Positions 25,761 through 37,786 are shown, counted from the first letter of the stretch. The stretch: DNA of 64,000 bases from Octopus sinensis (GCF_006345805.1 NC_043023.1:8432001-8496000); one strand, 5' to 3'. The notes: generated by a model not told the origin, from the sequence alone. A program made the numbers and translations.

Positions 25761-28030
25761 ACACATGCGCAGTTAGTCAGTTGCTTCCTGTTGAGCCAGA
25801 GTGGACGTGAGTAACAAGCTCCGTCCAATTATAGAAAAAAAGACCAAAAACGGAAAGTTGTCGAGGTGAGTGATTTTGTTTATTGTGAGTTGGGCATAAT
25901 TTATTACGTGCCAATTATTATTTCAGTAAGTTGTGTCCAACTCTGAGACAATTTCGCCTGCTCTAGGCGGCTGCCGTTTTTGTGTTTATTGAAAAAAAAC
26001 AGTGGAGGGGCGTATCCCCAGGAACCCAATACAGTTACTGTGCTGTGTTTGGGTTTGTTGAATTTATTCCCTTGTCAGAGTACTTCGCAAGAAAATTATA
26101 AAAATAAGCCACTATTGGATAACCTTTCGGACCCATTTTTGTGGACGTTGTGTTACAGTTGCAGCGTTCCAGGTTCAACTCAGGCCGGGAGTACCGTAAG
26201 GCCAGAAGATTTTTGCTGTGTTTTTTCTGTTTATTAACTTTCTTTTGAACTTCATTTAACTCCCCCTTTTGTTTTATTTGTTTATTGCAACTTTCCGTTG
26301 ATTTCTTCCTTTCTGTTGTGCTTTCTCCTTTTTGTTTTTTCAAAAATCTATCAAATTTTATTTGGACTTTTGAACTTTTTTCTTCTCGCTTTTTAAGTTT
26401 AATTTGAATATATGTAAAAAAAAAAAAATCATGGCAATGAAAAATAACAAAATTTTGGAATGGGAGATCATACCGCTTAAAAAGTGGTTAAAAGACCGTG
26501 AAGATAGGACGGTGGTGTTGAGAACCTACTCCAAGGCACTCGACACCATCGCCCTATTCGAAAAGACGGCAATTGAAAAGGAGTTGGCAGAGTATTTGCC
26601 AACAATTAAATTCATTTCCAGGGGCGTCAAATATGCAACGGTGTGGTTGCTATTTGACACCCCTGAAGAGGCTTGCAAATTTGCTAGCAAACCCCTGGAG
26701 GGTAAGGAAATTTTATTCCTGCCCACGTACCAAAAAAAGAAATTGACGAAAGCTTGGATTTGCGAGCTGCCACCCGGGATAGAACCCGAGTGGATAGAGG
26801 AGACTATCCGCCGGGGTCTGGGTAGCAGCGAAACTAAGCTCCTTAATGTAAAAGTTCTTCCTGCGGCTGCTTGGGTTGGGTCAAAAGCAATTTTGACCCT
26901 TTGGACCCAATCAGCCAATCTGGTTCTTCCAGATTTTTTGAAAATGGCCGGGTGCAGGTACCCGGTGATGCTTGAGGGTCGCCCCCCTAAGTGTCATCGG
27001 TGCTTGGAGTCCGGCCACATAAAGAAGAACTGTCCCCGGGAACAAATAGGATCCCGGAACAGTTAAGTGAAACCCCTGTAGAAGAGGGAATGATAGCGGC
27101 CGAGGAAGCAGAGGACTCCTCAAACAGAAGCCGAAAGAGGAAGGTGAGCAACAATGGGTGCTCACCAAAGGATACTAGGGATGAGGAGGGAAAGGCGAAT
27201 CTTCCGGCCACGGAGGAGACGCACACTCCCTCAGTTGAACAGAAAAAAAAGAAAAAGAGGAAGAGAAACGGGACATTACCGGCTGTCGGTGACATAGCAC
27301 CGGAATGTCCCGGAACTACGTCGGTTGGGGTTGTGCCACCGACAGGAGAAGAAATACCGTTGGCGGGAACTGTGCCGCCAACGAAAGAATTGAACGTATT
27401 GATCCTCTTCTATAGAGGCGGAGAAATTGAAAAGGTGATGGAAAAGCACCACAAGGGAGCACCTTTAGCCTTCACACAGACCCCGAATGGCCTCCGCAGG
27501 TAGCTGTGGAGGTTTCGGCGTTCGACGTGACGCTTGGGCTGAAGGAGCTCAATGAAGATTATAGCTTGGTCCCGGGCGACGCTAACTCAGAACTCGATTA
27601 CGTTCTGAGGGAGGCATGGTGGATGGTGGAGGGCGCAGGCACAAGTTATTTCGAGGACGAGTCAAATTGTGATACGACTTGAGGGGCCCCGACCAAGAGA
27701 TGGCGCATTCCTAAGGGAAGTGTAAGCCAGGTCTGGGAGGAGGGGCTTTGTGTATTGTATTTATATATGTAATTATTGAACTATGTTGTAATTAGTAATG
27801 GACTGCTAAGTCCAAAAATTGAAAAAATTGTAAGAGGTTTAATACCTCGTTTTGTGTTTTTCTTTAAAAAGAACAATGTTTTAGAGAAGCAGAAGTCGAC
27901 GGGCGCTTTTTGTCTTCTCCCATCCCCATCATCTTTCTTTCATTATCATTCACTTCATTAATGTCCTCGTCCAGCCCGCAAAGCTAACTTACTCTATGTA
28001 CTGCCTTTATGGCAAATGTTTCGAAATAAA
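25761..28030 (+). mobile_element. ORF1-only L1/Tx1-derived element, unit 2
   Basis: About 670-nt 5' region, ORF 26431-27682, 3' UTR homologous to unit 1, ends aataaa then gtagctttcttac. Confidence 0.8.
26431..27682 (+). pseudogene. Tx1/L1-type ORF1 paralog, two frameshifts
   Basis: KAWICELPPGIEPEWI, LPDFLKMAGCRYPVMLEGRPPKCHRCLESGHIKKNC, KKKKKRKRNG; shifts near 27045 and 27480. Confidence 0.8.
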
Positions 28031-28597
28031 GTAGCTTTCTTACCAACCACATGGTTCCGGGTTCAGTCTCACAGCGTGGCACCTTGGGCAAGTATCTTCT
28101 ACTATAGCCTCGGGCCGACCAAAGCCTTGTGTGTGGATTTGGTAGACGGAAACTGAAAGAAGCCCGTCGTATGTATGTATATATATATGTGAGTGTGCGT
28201 GTATGTTTGTGTGTCTGTGTTTGCCCCCTTAGCATTGCTTGACAACCGATGCTGGTGTGTTTATGTCCCCGTTACTTAGCGGTTCGGCTAAAGAGACCGA
28301 TACAATAAGTACTGGGCTTACAAAGAATATGTCCCGGGGTTGAGTTGCTCGACTAAAGGCGGTGCTCCAGCATGGCCGCAGTCAAATGACTGAAACAAGG
28401 AAAAAAAATACATACATACAAATATGTGTGTATGTACAGGCATTTATGGGCATAAGAAAATAAGACGCATCAAATACATTACATACATCAAATACAAAAT
28501 ATGTATATATTTATACATGCCAAACGAGAGAAAGCAAAAGGTGGGAGCTCTCAGATGATTACTATATCGTCTGAAAGAATTAAACACTTTTCTCACC

Positions 28598-28642
<45 letters not shown>

Positions 28643-28646
<4 letters not shown>

Positions 28647-28853
28647 TGTGATCACCGTGACCGACCAGGCTATCAGATGTTGCTACTCATCGCTGGTCAC
28701 GATGCGCTTCGCATTGTTTTAGCCTTCAAATGACGCCACCCCGCTGGCTAAGCGAGCAGACCAACAGAAGAGAGAGTGAGAGAAAGTTGTGACGAAAGAG
28801 TACAGCAGGGATCGCCTCCGCTCCTGCCCTAACCACTGGGCCATTGCACCTCC
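28643..28853 (-). mobile_element. Internally deleted SINE family C with complete RTE-type tail
   Basis: Same deletion junction as the 23281 copy; tail resembles the RTE 3' end at 55779-55844. Confidence 0.8.
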
Positions 28854-28900
28854 ACACACACACACATATATGTATATATATATATATATACAAAGCATAT

Positions 28901-29024
<124 letters not shown>

Positions 29025-29044
29025 TTTATTTTAAGCAGCAGAAA

Positions 29045-31642
29045 ATTCAACAAAATCTGTTACTCTGAGTTTCTCGTTGCCGTTCATCAGACAGTTTTTG
29101 CTAGAATGGAACATATATATTAATTCAATCTATACTCTTACAAACGCTACACCTTTAAAAAGAAATGGACTTGTTTGATTGGCCCTTTAGAAAAAACGGT
29201 CAATCTTCGAGCGATAAACAAAAAGGTCAAAAATATATGTATATATATATAAAAAAACTTATAAAAATTATAAAATTATAAAATCCGAGGAAAAAACCGA
29301 GGAAAAAACCTATTGCCGTTAATGAAGACAGTACAAATTAATGCATAGAAATTAAACCTGTTATAAATACTGCAATACATATTTATATTAAAATCCACAT
29401 ATATATATCAACATACACAAAAGGATGCGCGTAAACGCCATACATACATATACAGACGTATGAATATGAATCTAAATTATACACATAAAAGCATGTGTAC
29501 ATATATTCACGCAAACCGTCTCGCACGCAAGCTAAAATTCATCTATGTAGCAATTCTCATATACTGAGCAAGGAGGGGGAACGAAAGAAAGGGAAAGAGA
29601 GAAAAAGGAACGAAAGAGGGGTGGGGGGGAACTTGTAGCGATGTTATTGGCATCTATAGAGGCCAGTATACATACACAAGTTTGAATTGATACATATACA
29701 TACCGTCGTGTGTATGCGTGCTTAAGCACAAGCATACTTTCACTTACACATACACAGATACGCATGCTTACAAATACATATGCTTTGCTATACACAAACT
29801 TATATAAACATTCTAAATTTGACAACATTGCTTTTAAAAAAAATGGGTGCATTAATAAAAATATATACGAAAGACATATAAAATAAAATATAACATCCTA
29901 TTTTGGGTCATTTATAAATAATCAAGGTAATATAAATAATCAAGGTAATCCTATGCAATACAATAACATGAAAACAAAGTTTGTAGGTTTTTCCTAATAT
30001 ATATGTAGAAACAATAAGACTTTGCTATAGATCCGTCGTAGCGCTTAAGAGTCAAAATCAAAATCAAAAATCAAAATACAAAATATATACTCTATCCATA
30101 TGGTATATTTATATTCGACATTTTAAATTTAGCCGCGTGCCTACATAAGTTCATTAACTCACTTCTTTGATTCAAAGAATTATTGTCTTTGAATAATATG
30201 TGCATTTTTTCTAATAAGCAAAGCTTGCACTTGAAATTATATTTGTAAGCTCCATGCCTGTATGGTGCCGCCCTGTCCAGAATGCTCCATGTCACGTTGA
30301 AAGGTGGGGCTTCCTTTTCTTTTAGTTCCCAGACATATTTTGCTAGGCTGGTTTTCTTCCTATTCTCTGGGTATTTAAAAGAATTCTTATGAGAATAAAA
30401 TCTTGTTTTAAATGAATTTTCTGAAGCCCCTGTGTATGTCTTGTATTCCGATGAGCCTTCCACTTGCACCTTGGCTCTATAAACTACTCCTTTCACTAGA
30501 CATTTCCCTTCTAACGGACAGGAGCTTTCGTTTTTGCAATTACATTTCTTAATGGGCTCGGCACCATGTCTAATCTCAATTAGCTTCCTATTATGTTGGC
30601 TAATATAAGAGGCAAAATTTCTGCAACAAGAATAGCTAACCTTCAGGGTTCTTCTATTAAATATTCTGTAGAATTTATGAGCCTGCTTAAAATGCTTAGA
30701 GACTAATCTCAAAAATTCCTTACCTATATTAGTCTTTACGGCCAAATTGAAAGCCGGGTTGAACCACAAAACTTTCCTGGTCCTAGTTCTTCGTGCAGCA
30801 TTATTATTAGCATTAAGCTGGTTGAACTGGATCTTCTCCGAGAATCCACTATTCTTTAATGCGCTATCGTAATAAGGTGCAGCATTATGGAATGCTGCCT
30901 CGTCCGAAGAAATTGAAGATATTCTTCTACCTACATTGCTGACTAAGTTGCTAAGGATAACTGGTGGATGGTTCGAATCTTTGCTAATATACGATAGCTT
31001 TTCATTGGGCTTACGGAAAGGTTTAAATCTATCCGATCTTACATTAAAATTTACGTCTAAAAAATCTACACTATTCAGGTTAGTATCTATCGTAATCCGT
31101 AAGCCCATCCTTTGAAAGAAAGCTATAAGGTCCTTCCTAAGTCTATCTGATTCATGGCCGTTTAGATTATGCGTGGCTATAAGGCCGTCATCCCTATATA
31201 GACCTGCATCTATAAATGGGAATTCTATTTTTAGATTATGGAGAATAAAGGCTCCTATGAGCATACATAATTCAGCCCCGTCGTACATCGAAAAGAGAAT
31301 CCTCAGTCTTCTTAATCCAGGTGGAATCCTCGAAAAACAGAAGCGATTTCCTCGCATGCATAATAATTTCAATTTCCGAGCTATCGATGTTGACATACTG
31401 CTTGGCGAAGTCCAATGCCCTTAGGAGCAACGTCCTAGATATCGACGGGTAAAAGTCAATAATGTCGAATTGTGTGAAACTACAATTATTCTTATAGCTA
31501 ATACCTTTAAACCACTCTATAACTGACTTACTATTCTTCCAAATTCTCAAGTCTACTTCACTATCTAACTTAACTAAAATACGGTCCAAAATATTTTTGC
31601 TAATAATTCCTATCTCAGTTTTAGCCGGATTTATCAACCTAC

Positions 31643-31647
<5 letters not shown>
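29045..31647 (-). mobile_element. 5'-truncated Penelope-like element (RT + GIY-YIG-type EN; Naiad-like by motif, inferred)
   Basis: KCRLINPAK, FDIIDFYPSI, LYRDDGL, WFNP, CNC..CPLEGKC, VVYRA..YTG, CKLCLLEK..CRH; flanked by (TA)n on both sides. Confidence 0.88.
29052..29099 (-). ncRNA. Predicted minimal type I hammerhead ribozyme at PLE 3' end
   Basis: aaaaactgt-CTGATGA-acggcaacga-GAAA-ctcagag-TA-acagatttt; GUA site, stem I ctgt/acag, mismatch at the base of stem II. Confidence 0.62.
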
Positions 31648-31712
<65 letters not shown>

Positions 31713-32129
31713 GCAAGCGTTATCTTCAGCGGGTTTAGCCACCAAATTCCTCTCACAGTATTCTTGTCAACCAGAATCTGTTGTAGAAATCACTTATCCC
31801 ATGGTGAATGTCCAAGGACGTTGAACACAGGTAATGATATTTCTGTGACGGTGATAACCAAGAGACCTTCTTAAGTACACAGTCATACCAGCAACTTTTA
31901 TTGTTAACTGTTTGGATGTAAAACCGAATTATCCATTTCTTAAAGCCAGGACAACCCTCAGCTGTGAATTTCCATCTAATATATATTGTGTTGATCTGTT
32001 GTACTGACTGAAGTGATGATATGATTTAATGATGTCGAAGTACAACAACTCTGGTTTCATGCTTTAACGATGTATTTAATAAACTTTTCTATGAAACTAA
32101 ATACTTTATCTAACGGCTTCTCTTTACAG

Positions 32130-32264
32130 GTACAACACAAATCTAATACCAAAGCAAATACTAAAATTAACAGCCATATTTTTGCTGTAAATATTCCTAA
32201 CGTTCATGAACCAGTTACCAATCTTGATGAACCAATTAGAATATCACTGCATGTAACAGATCCG
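32130..32264 (+). CDS. aGPCR exon: GAIN beta subdomain
   Basis: ttacag|...ccg|gtaata. VQHKSN...INSHIFAVNI...VTNLDEPIRISLHVTDP; 45 codons. Confidence 0.9.
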
Positions 32265-32739
32265 GTAATAAATATCTATTTATTATTGCTGTTGTTGTTC
32301 TCGTGGTTTCTTGTCATTTCAAGGTCATACTTAATTTCTCATTATTGCTTTCATTGATTGCGGCTGTGTATTTTAAATTTGGTTAATTTCTTTGGGATTT
32401 CGTTGACAGTTGTTGTTGTTGTTGCTCTTCTTTATCTTGTTCTTGTTGTTTACCTTCATGCCATGCTTGACCTTGTAGACCTATTATAAAACACATTACA
32501 ATCGTGAACATCACGATATTTAGTTCATTTAACATTTCTAGAACTACACTAACTAATCTTTTCTGTCATTGTTATAGTGATGCAATATAAATTAGGAGAA
32601 TATGCATAGATATATATATATATATATATACGCTCACAGTGTCAGTAATAATTAAACATTTATAAACTTAGTTTAGTAAAGATTCATTATATGTATTTTA
32701 ATTATTTGATTAAAACATCAGAATTTATATTTTTTCCAG

Positions 32740-32880
32740 AATGCCATCAACCCCCAATGTGTCTACTGGGATGAATCCTCTGAACATTGGTCGACAAAAG
32801 GCTGTAATATGTCCCGCTATGTACCTGGGAAGAAAGTATTTTGTTCCTGTAACCATCTTACAAGCTTTGCTATACTAATG
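32740..32880 (+). CDS. aGPCR exon: GPS autoproteolysis motif and Stachel
   Basis: ttccag|...atg|gttggt. NAINPQCVYWDESSEHWSTKGC...CSCNHL/TSFAILM; H-L-T at 32854-32862. Confidence 0.96.
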
Positions 32881-33794
32881 GTTGGTAACATTATGGCGTG
32901 TTGTTAACTGCCTGTAAATTGGCAATTGTGTCTATGGATAAATAATTTCAACGCCTATTAAATTTCATGTTGGTGGATATTTCAGTAAATATGTGACATT
33001 GATATTTTGTAATAAGTCACTGTTGTTCTTGCTGCTACGGCTGTTGTTTATTTCTTTAAACTCACGATGGGGTCCGTTTGGTGCACCAAGTCGCCATCCT
33101 CAATAAAATGCGTGAGATTTCTTCCAACACGGATGGGAAGGACAGAAACAGTCATCTCTCCTGGAATTAATATCTATTGCTTCGAAACTCTCAGACTGTT
33201 ACTCTAAGTGATAGATATTTAATAGCACAATAAACATGTTTGCAGCTTAGAATTTTAATCATTGGTCGTTTCATGATTCTCTTACAAGATCTCTCCTCTC
33301 ATTTAACTGACAATTTGTGTCAATAATCCACATGTATCCAATATTTATCAGTTTTTACAACACTCCTATTAACCATAAAAACCACATCCCTATATATTAT
33401 ACATATTTTAGCCTAAGCGAAGAGTTGAACTCACCCAATATGTTAGTACACTCCATACTGGTTCTATTATCACCTGACATCACAATGACGGAGATTAAAT
33501 AATCAGGTCACGGATGTTGTTTCTATCATTATCAGTGTTTTCAGGAACACTACTGATTCAACTCGTCTTTATTACTGTTTTCGTTTCTATTGTTTTTATT
33601 ACCAAAATAATTCCAATTTCACATTTTAAATGTATCTAGTTAATTATTCATCTCATATTTCACGTCGTACATCGGTCCTCAGTTAACAGATCGTTTCAGT
33701 GATGCACCTTGAATTAGTTGTACTGATAACATAAGATACACGTTCAGTGAATTTGAACTCAAGGTTTAAACGCTGATGGTATATTCTACCTGGA

Positions 33795-34156
33795 ATATAC
33801 CCGTCGTTACGTTGTGAGTTCAAATTCCGCCGAGGTCGACTTTGCCTTTCATCCTTTCGGGGTCGATTAAATAAGTACCAGTTACGCACTGGGGTCGATA
33901 TAATCGACTTAATAACTATGTCTGTCCTTGTTTGTCCCCTCTGTGTTTAGCCCCTTTGAGTAATAAAGAAATAGGTATTTCGTCTGTCGTTACGTTCTGA
34001 GTTCAAATTCCGCCGAGGTCAACTTTGCCTTTCATCCTTTCGGGGTCGATTAAATAAGCACCAGTTACGCACTGGGTCGATATAATCGACTTAATAACTA
34101 TGTCTGTCCTTATTTGTCCCCTCTGTGTTTAGCCGCTTGTGGGTAATAAAGAAATA
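33795..34156 (+). mobile_element. Two tandem 5'-truncated SINE family B copies
   Basis: Units start at about 33806 and 33988; 17-bp TSD ggtatattctacctgga at 33778-33794 and 34157-34173. Confidence 0.85.
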
Positions 34157-34358
34157 GGTATATTCTACCTGGACTCAGATGTCGCTTACATACATTATAT
34201 ATATAGTAGTGCTTCATATTGTAATTAAGTATCATGTTACATGTAATAGGAGATGGTCCCGCCTATATGAACACTCATAATTTATATAAGTAATGACTTA
34301 GCATATAAGAAAGGAAGAGAAGGAGGGAATAATACGTTGTTGTTTGTTTCTATTGCAG

Positions 34359-34471
34359 GATGTCTACCAGAATGTAAAGAATAGTCAACTCTTGTCTATT
34401 CTTTCTAACATTGGTTCCGGAATATCATTTGTCTGTCTCATTCTGACAGTAATAATTCATGTTTATTCAAA
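34359..34471 (+). CDS. aGPCR exon: TM1
   Basis: ttgcag|...aa|gtaagc. DVYQNVKNSQLLSILSNIGSGISFVCLILTVIIH; phase 0 to 2. Confidence 0.93.
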
Positions 34472-34899
34472 GTAAGCATTTCAATTTCTATTTCCTTTTA
34501 TAAACTATTCAAATGCATTAAGACAGTGTCCATCAGTTAGTGGGTCTCTCGCACATTGGTAAGCATGACGTGGTTGATGTCTGCGGGAAAATCATGGATG
34601 TGAAGAGAATTCCAAGGTCAACAACTACACTATAAGAGTAAAAACAATAACCAGAATTGCATGTGATTTCTCATTTCTAACCGGAAGATAGATGGGGAAA
34701 CCTAGACCACTGTAAAGAAATTAGACTCATTCCCAAGGTTTTCTATTACTTTACAAAAAGAAAACGTCTACCTTTTCATATATCATCTCACTAATCTATG
34801 TACTGTGTTCGACTCACATTTGTTAATTAGTTATAAAAAATAACAATGGAAATACCATCAAACATAATAACCTATACAGCTGTTCAGAAAGTCATATTT

Positions 34900-36520
34900 A
34901 ACAGCAGACAGAGTGCCACAGATGTGGTCAGTCCCTCCGGCAGAGGAAGCGCTCCAAATTGGTCAGCCACGAAACAGGGCACGGCACAACTGTCAGGCGG
35001 TAGGTGATAACAGAAGCTATGTACATCTGTGTCGCCTCCGCCCGTCCTAGCAGAGATAACGCCTTTCCAGACGAGGTCCGGATTAAGGCAGTCATCTTGT
35101 TTGTGATGTCACAACAATTCTTCTCTATCTGAAGGTCAGGAAACAGGCCCCTAGCGTTTTAACAGGATCTTCCGTTCAACTTGCCGCTCCAGGTGCCGAG
35201 TTGCAAGCCGAGTGACTTATTGTGGTTTATTTCTGCTCATGCCACCGTTTCGTATCGTTTGATGGCGTTTCCTACACAAGGTAGCTGCCATTTATCAGAC
35301 ACGATTATGGAGATGCCACCCGCATAAGCGGTAGGCGTTCTTCTACAACTCAGATTACGCGGAATGTCCCTAAAGTCTCCATCCTTCGCAGTAATGGCTC
35401 AAGAGCCAGCACATTCAAAAGCTGAGACAGGGGACATCCCTAGCGAACCAATCGCCTGATGTTGAACATTTAGAGAAGAAACCGTTCATCCATACGAGAG
35501 ACTGGATGTTGACCATAGAAGCTATCCAGCCGCGGAAAGTTAATTTTATCCTACTTGGAAAAAAGCTATCCAGCCGCGGAAAGTTAATTTTATCCTCTCT
35601 GGAAAAAAAACAGTGCTGCCACCACCCAGGCGATATCTATCTCTGGTGGTACTTTTTATCCGGGACGTTCTTCGCCCCATATATGAAGGCAGAGCTACCA
35701 CCTCATTTGTTTTTAAGGTCTGTATAGAGTTCTGACGAACTTTCTCCTCAATCACAAAATGTACCTCTACTAAGGCAAAATTTTTGCCTCGACCCACCTA
35801 TGCGACATCCTTCCATAAAGGCCCAAGGCATTTCTCAATTTTCTCCTTGGGTAAATTTTCATTCTTTAGTTTTCTGCATTATACCATTTGTGAACAATTG
35901 TTTTGCTCCTCGTTTCTATGGTAATGTCACTCGGTGGGCCAATGTTCGCATCGCCCGTTTACCGTCAACATTCCATAATATGTCTGGTACTCAGACCGTG
36001 GAATGTTTTCTTGGTGTACCGCGACCGCTGCCGCAAAATCTCTGGCAGCTATACTTGCCGCACTTGTTTTGGGATTTTTTTTTAGATACAGCCATTCGTT
36101 CTTTAATAATTTCAACTGTCGTTTTTTTCCGTAAGAGAAAAATACAACAAATATTTTTTCCAAATGAATTCTCTCTGAAGAAAATTTAAATCAATTTTTC
36201 TCCTGCGAGAGAGACAATTTTTCACATCCACCCCCGGTCGAGTGAGGACAGTTAAAAAAAACAAAGACCTATAAACAAGCTACAAACAAGCTGTAAGCAA
36301 ATTCATGAAACTAATCACACAGGTTTAAATATTTCCCCCGTCGGCGGAAAGCACACAATTTCAGCAAAAGCCTGCTAAGCAGACAACAGTTCTTAACAAA
36401 CACGCAGTAACAAGTAATCACAACAATATCTTCACGGTCCTATTAGCGTTGAAAAACAAAACTTCTCTAGAAATTGGCGCATATGACACCTCTTATCAGA
36501 CTGTTCTGCGCATGCTCATT
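34900..36520 (-). mobile_element. Decayed Tx1/L1 element with ORF1 and RT remnants
   Basis: ORF1 piece GKNFALVEVHF...LPSYMGRRTSR..PPEIDIAW (about 35610-35920); RT piece VR*GCPLSQLLNVLALEPLLR, AYAGGISI, LSLLGRAE..YRLTVVPCP (about 34930-35450). Outer limits approximate. Confidence 0.72.
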
Positions 36521-37075
36521 TATACTAACTAGTATTGTTCACTTAGCCAATCACGGGGTGTACAGATTCCCCATACAACAATAAACTAAATAATAATCAA
36601 ACTAGCTTCTAAGAATGTATTCTACACACAGATTGGTCAAGCAGATGTCCTTAAACTTTTAGCGATAGCTGGCTTACAACTCTCTCCGTGGAGAGTTAAA
36701 GAAATTATCCAGTCGCTGATGAAATCCCAACATAAAATTGAAACTAGTCCGGCTGATTCTTACTTTTATTGCTACAAAGATATTGTAATGTAATTCCTAC
36801 AACTGTACATCGAATGTATCACCGAATGAAACCTACAAATATAATATAGCATTGCTACGAATGTACCAACAATGTATATTATGTGTGTACAGCATCGCGT
36901 CCTACGTTTAATGTAACATGTACAGATACCTGACTTGTTCTGTGAATATAAAGAACTACCATCATAAACAACCAAACCTTCCCAGTCAGCACAATAAACA
37001 ATAGACATAATGTTTTATATCTCATACAGATCATTATACACAGCTATTTTACACATGTCTCTCTTTACTCTCTTA

Positions 37076-37472
37076 CTCTTTTACTTGTTTCAGTCATTTG
37101 TGCGGCAATGCTGGAGCACCGCCTTTAATCGAGCAACTCGACTCCGGGACTTATTCTTTTGTAAGCCCTGTACTTATTCTATCGGTCTCTTTTGCCGAAC
37201 CGCTAAGTAACGGGGACATAAACACACCAGCATCGGTTGTCAAGCAATGCTAGGGGGACAAACACAGACACACAAACACACACACGCATATATACATATA
37301 CATATATACGACGGGCTTCTTTTCAGTTTCCGTCTACCAAATCCACTCACAAGGCTTTAATCGGCCCGAGGATATAGTAGAAGACACTTGCCCAAGGTGC
37401 CACGCAGTGGGACTGAACCCGGAACCATGTGGTTGGTAAACAAGCTACTTACCACACAGTCACTCCTGCGCC
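37076..37472 (-). mobile_element. SINE family A, full length
   Basis: Reverse complement of the family A consensus. Confidence 0.9.
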
Positions 37473-37662
37473 TATACAAATAGGCGTCTCCTGCGTCTAT
37501 ATACAAATTCTAAATAAATATTTCATATATCATTTATATTTCGAATGACTATCACCAATATACACAGTTGTAATTAACTTTCGATGCATTGAGCAATTTC
37601 TTTTAGGTTTATGTTAATTAAATACAATATTATTATTTCTTTTTTTTTTTTCATTATCTCAG

Positions 37663-37786
37663 AACCCTATGGAAAGTAATGGCTTCAAAGATTTTAGTAA
37701 ATTTGTGCATTTCTTTAGCTGCCACTTATCTTACCTTTCTTGCTGGGTTCAAAGCATATAGCACAGAAATAACAGCTGTTTGTAAG
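37663..37786 (+). CDS. aGPCR exon: TM2
   Basis: tctcag|...aag|gtaagt. KILVNLCISLAATYLTFLAG...VCK; phase 2 to 0. Confidence 0.93.

Larger units (their letters stand above)
23651..28405 (+). mobile_element. SINE family A split by two nested insertions
   Basis: Head at 23651-23687 stops at gtagcttgctaac; the body resumes at 28031 (gtagctttcttaccaaccacatgg) and runs to about 28405. Confidence 0.9.

Noticed and set aside
24299-27682. ORF1 pair as host CCHC/RRM genes or LTR gag
   Set aside because: Intronless, frameshifted, bounded by target duplications inside a SINE, no LTRs, and homologous to an ORF1 relic linked to a Tx1-type RT. Domestication cannot be fully excluded without orthologs.
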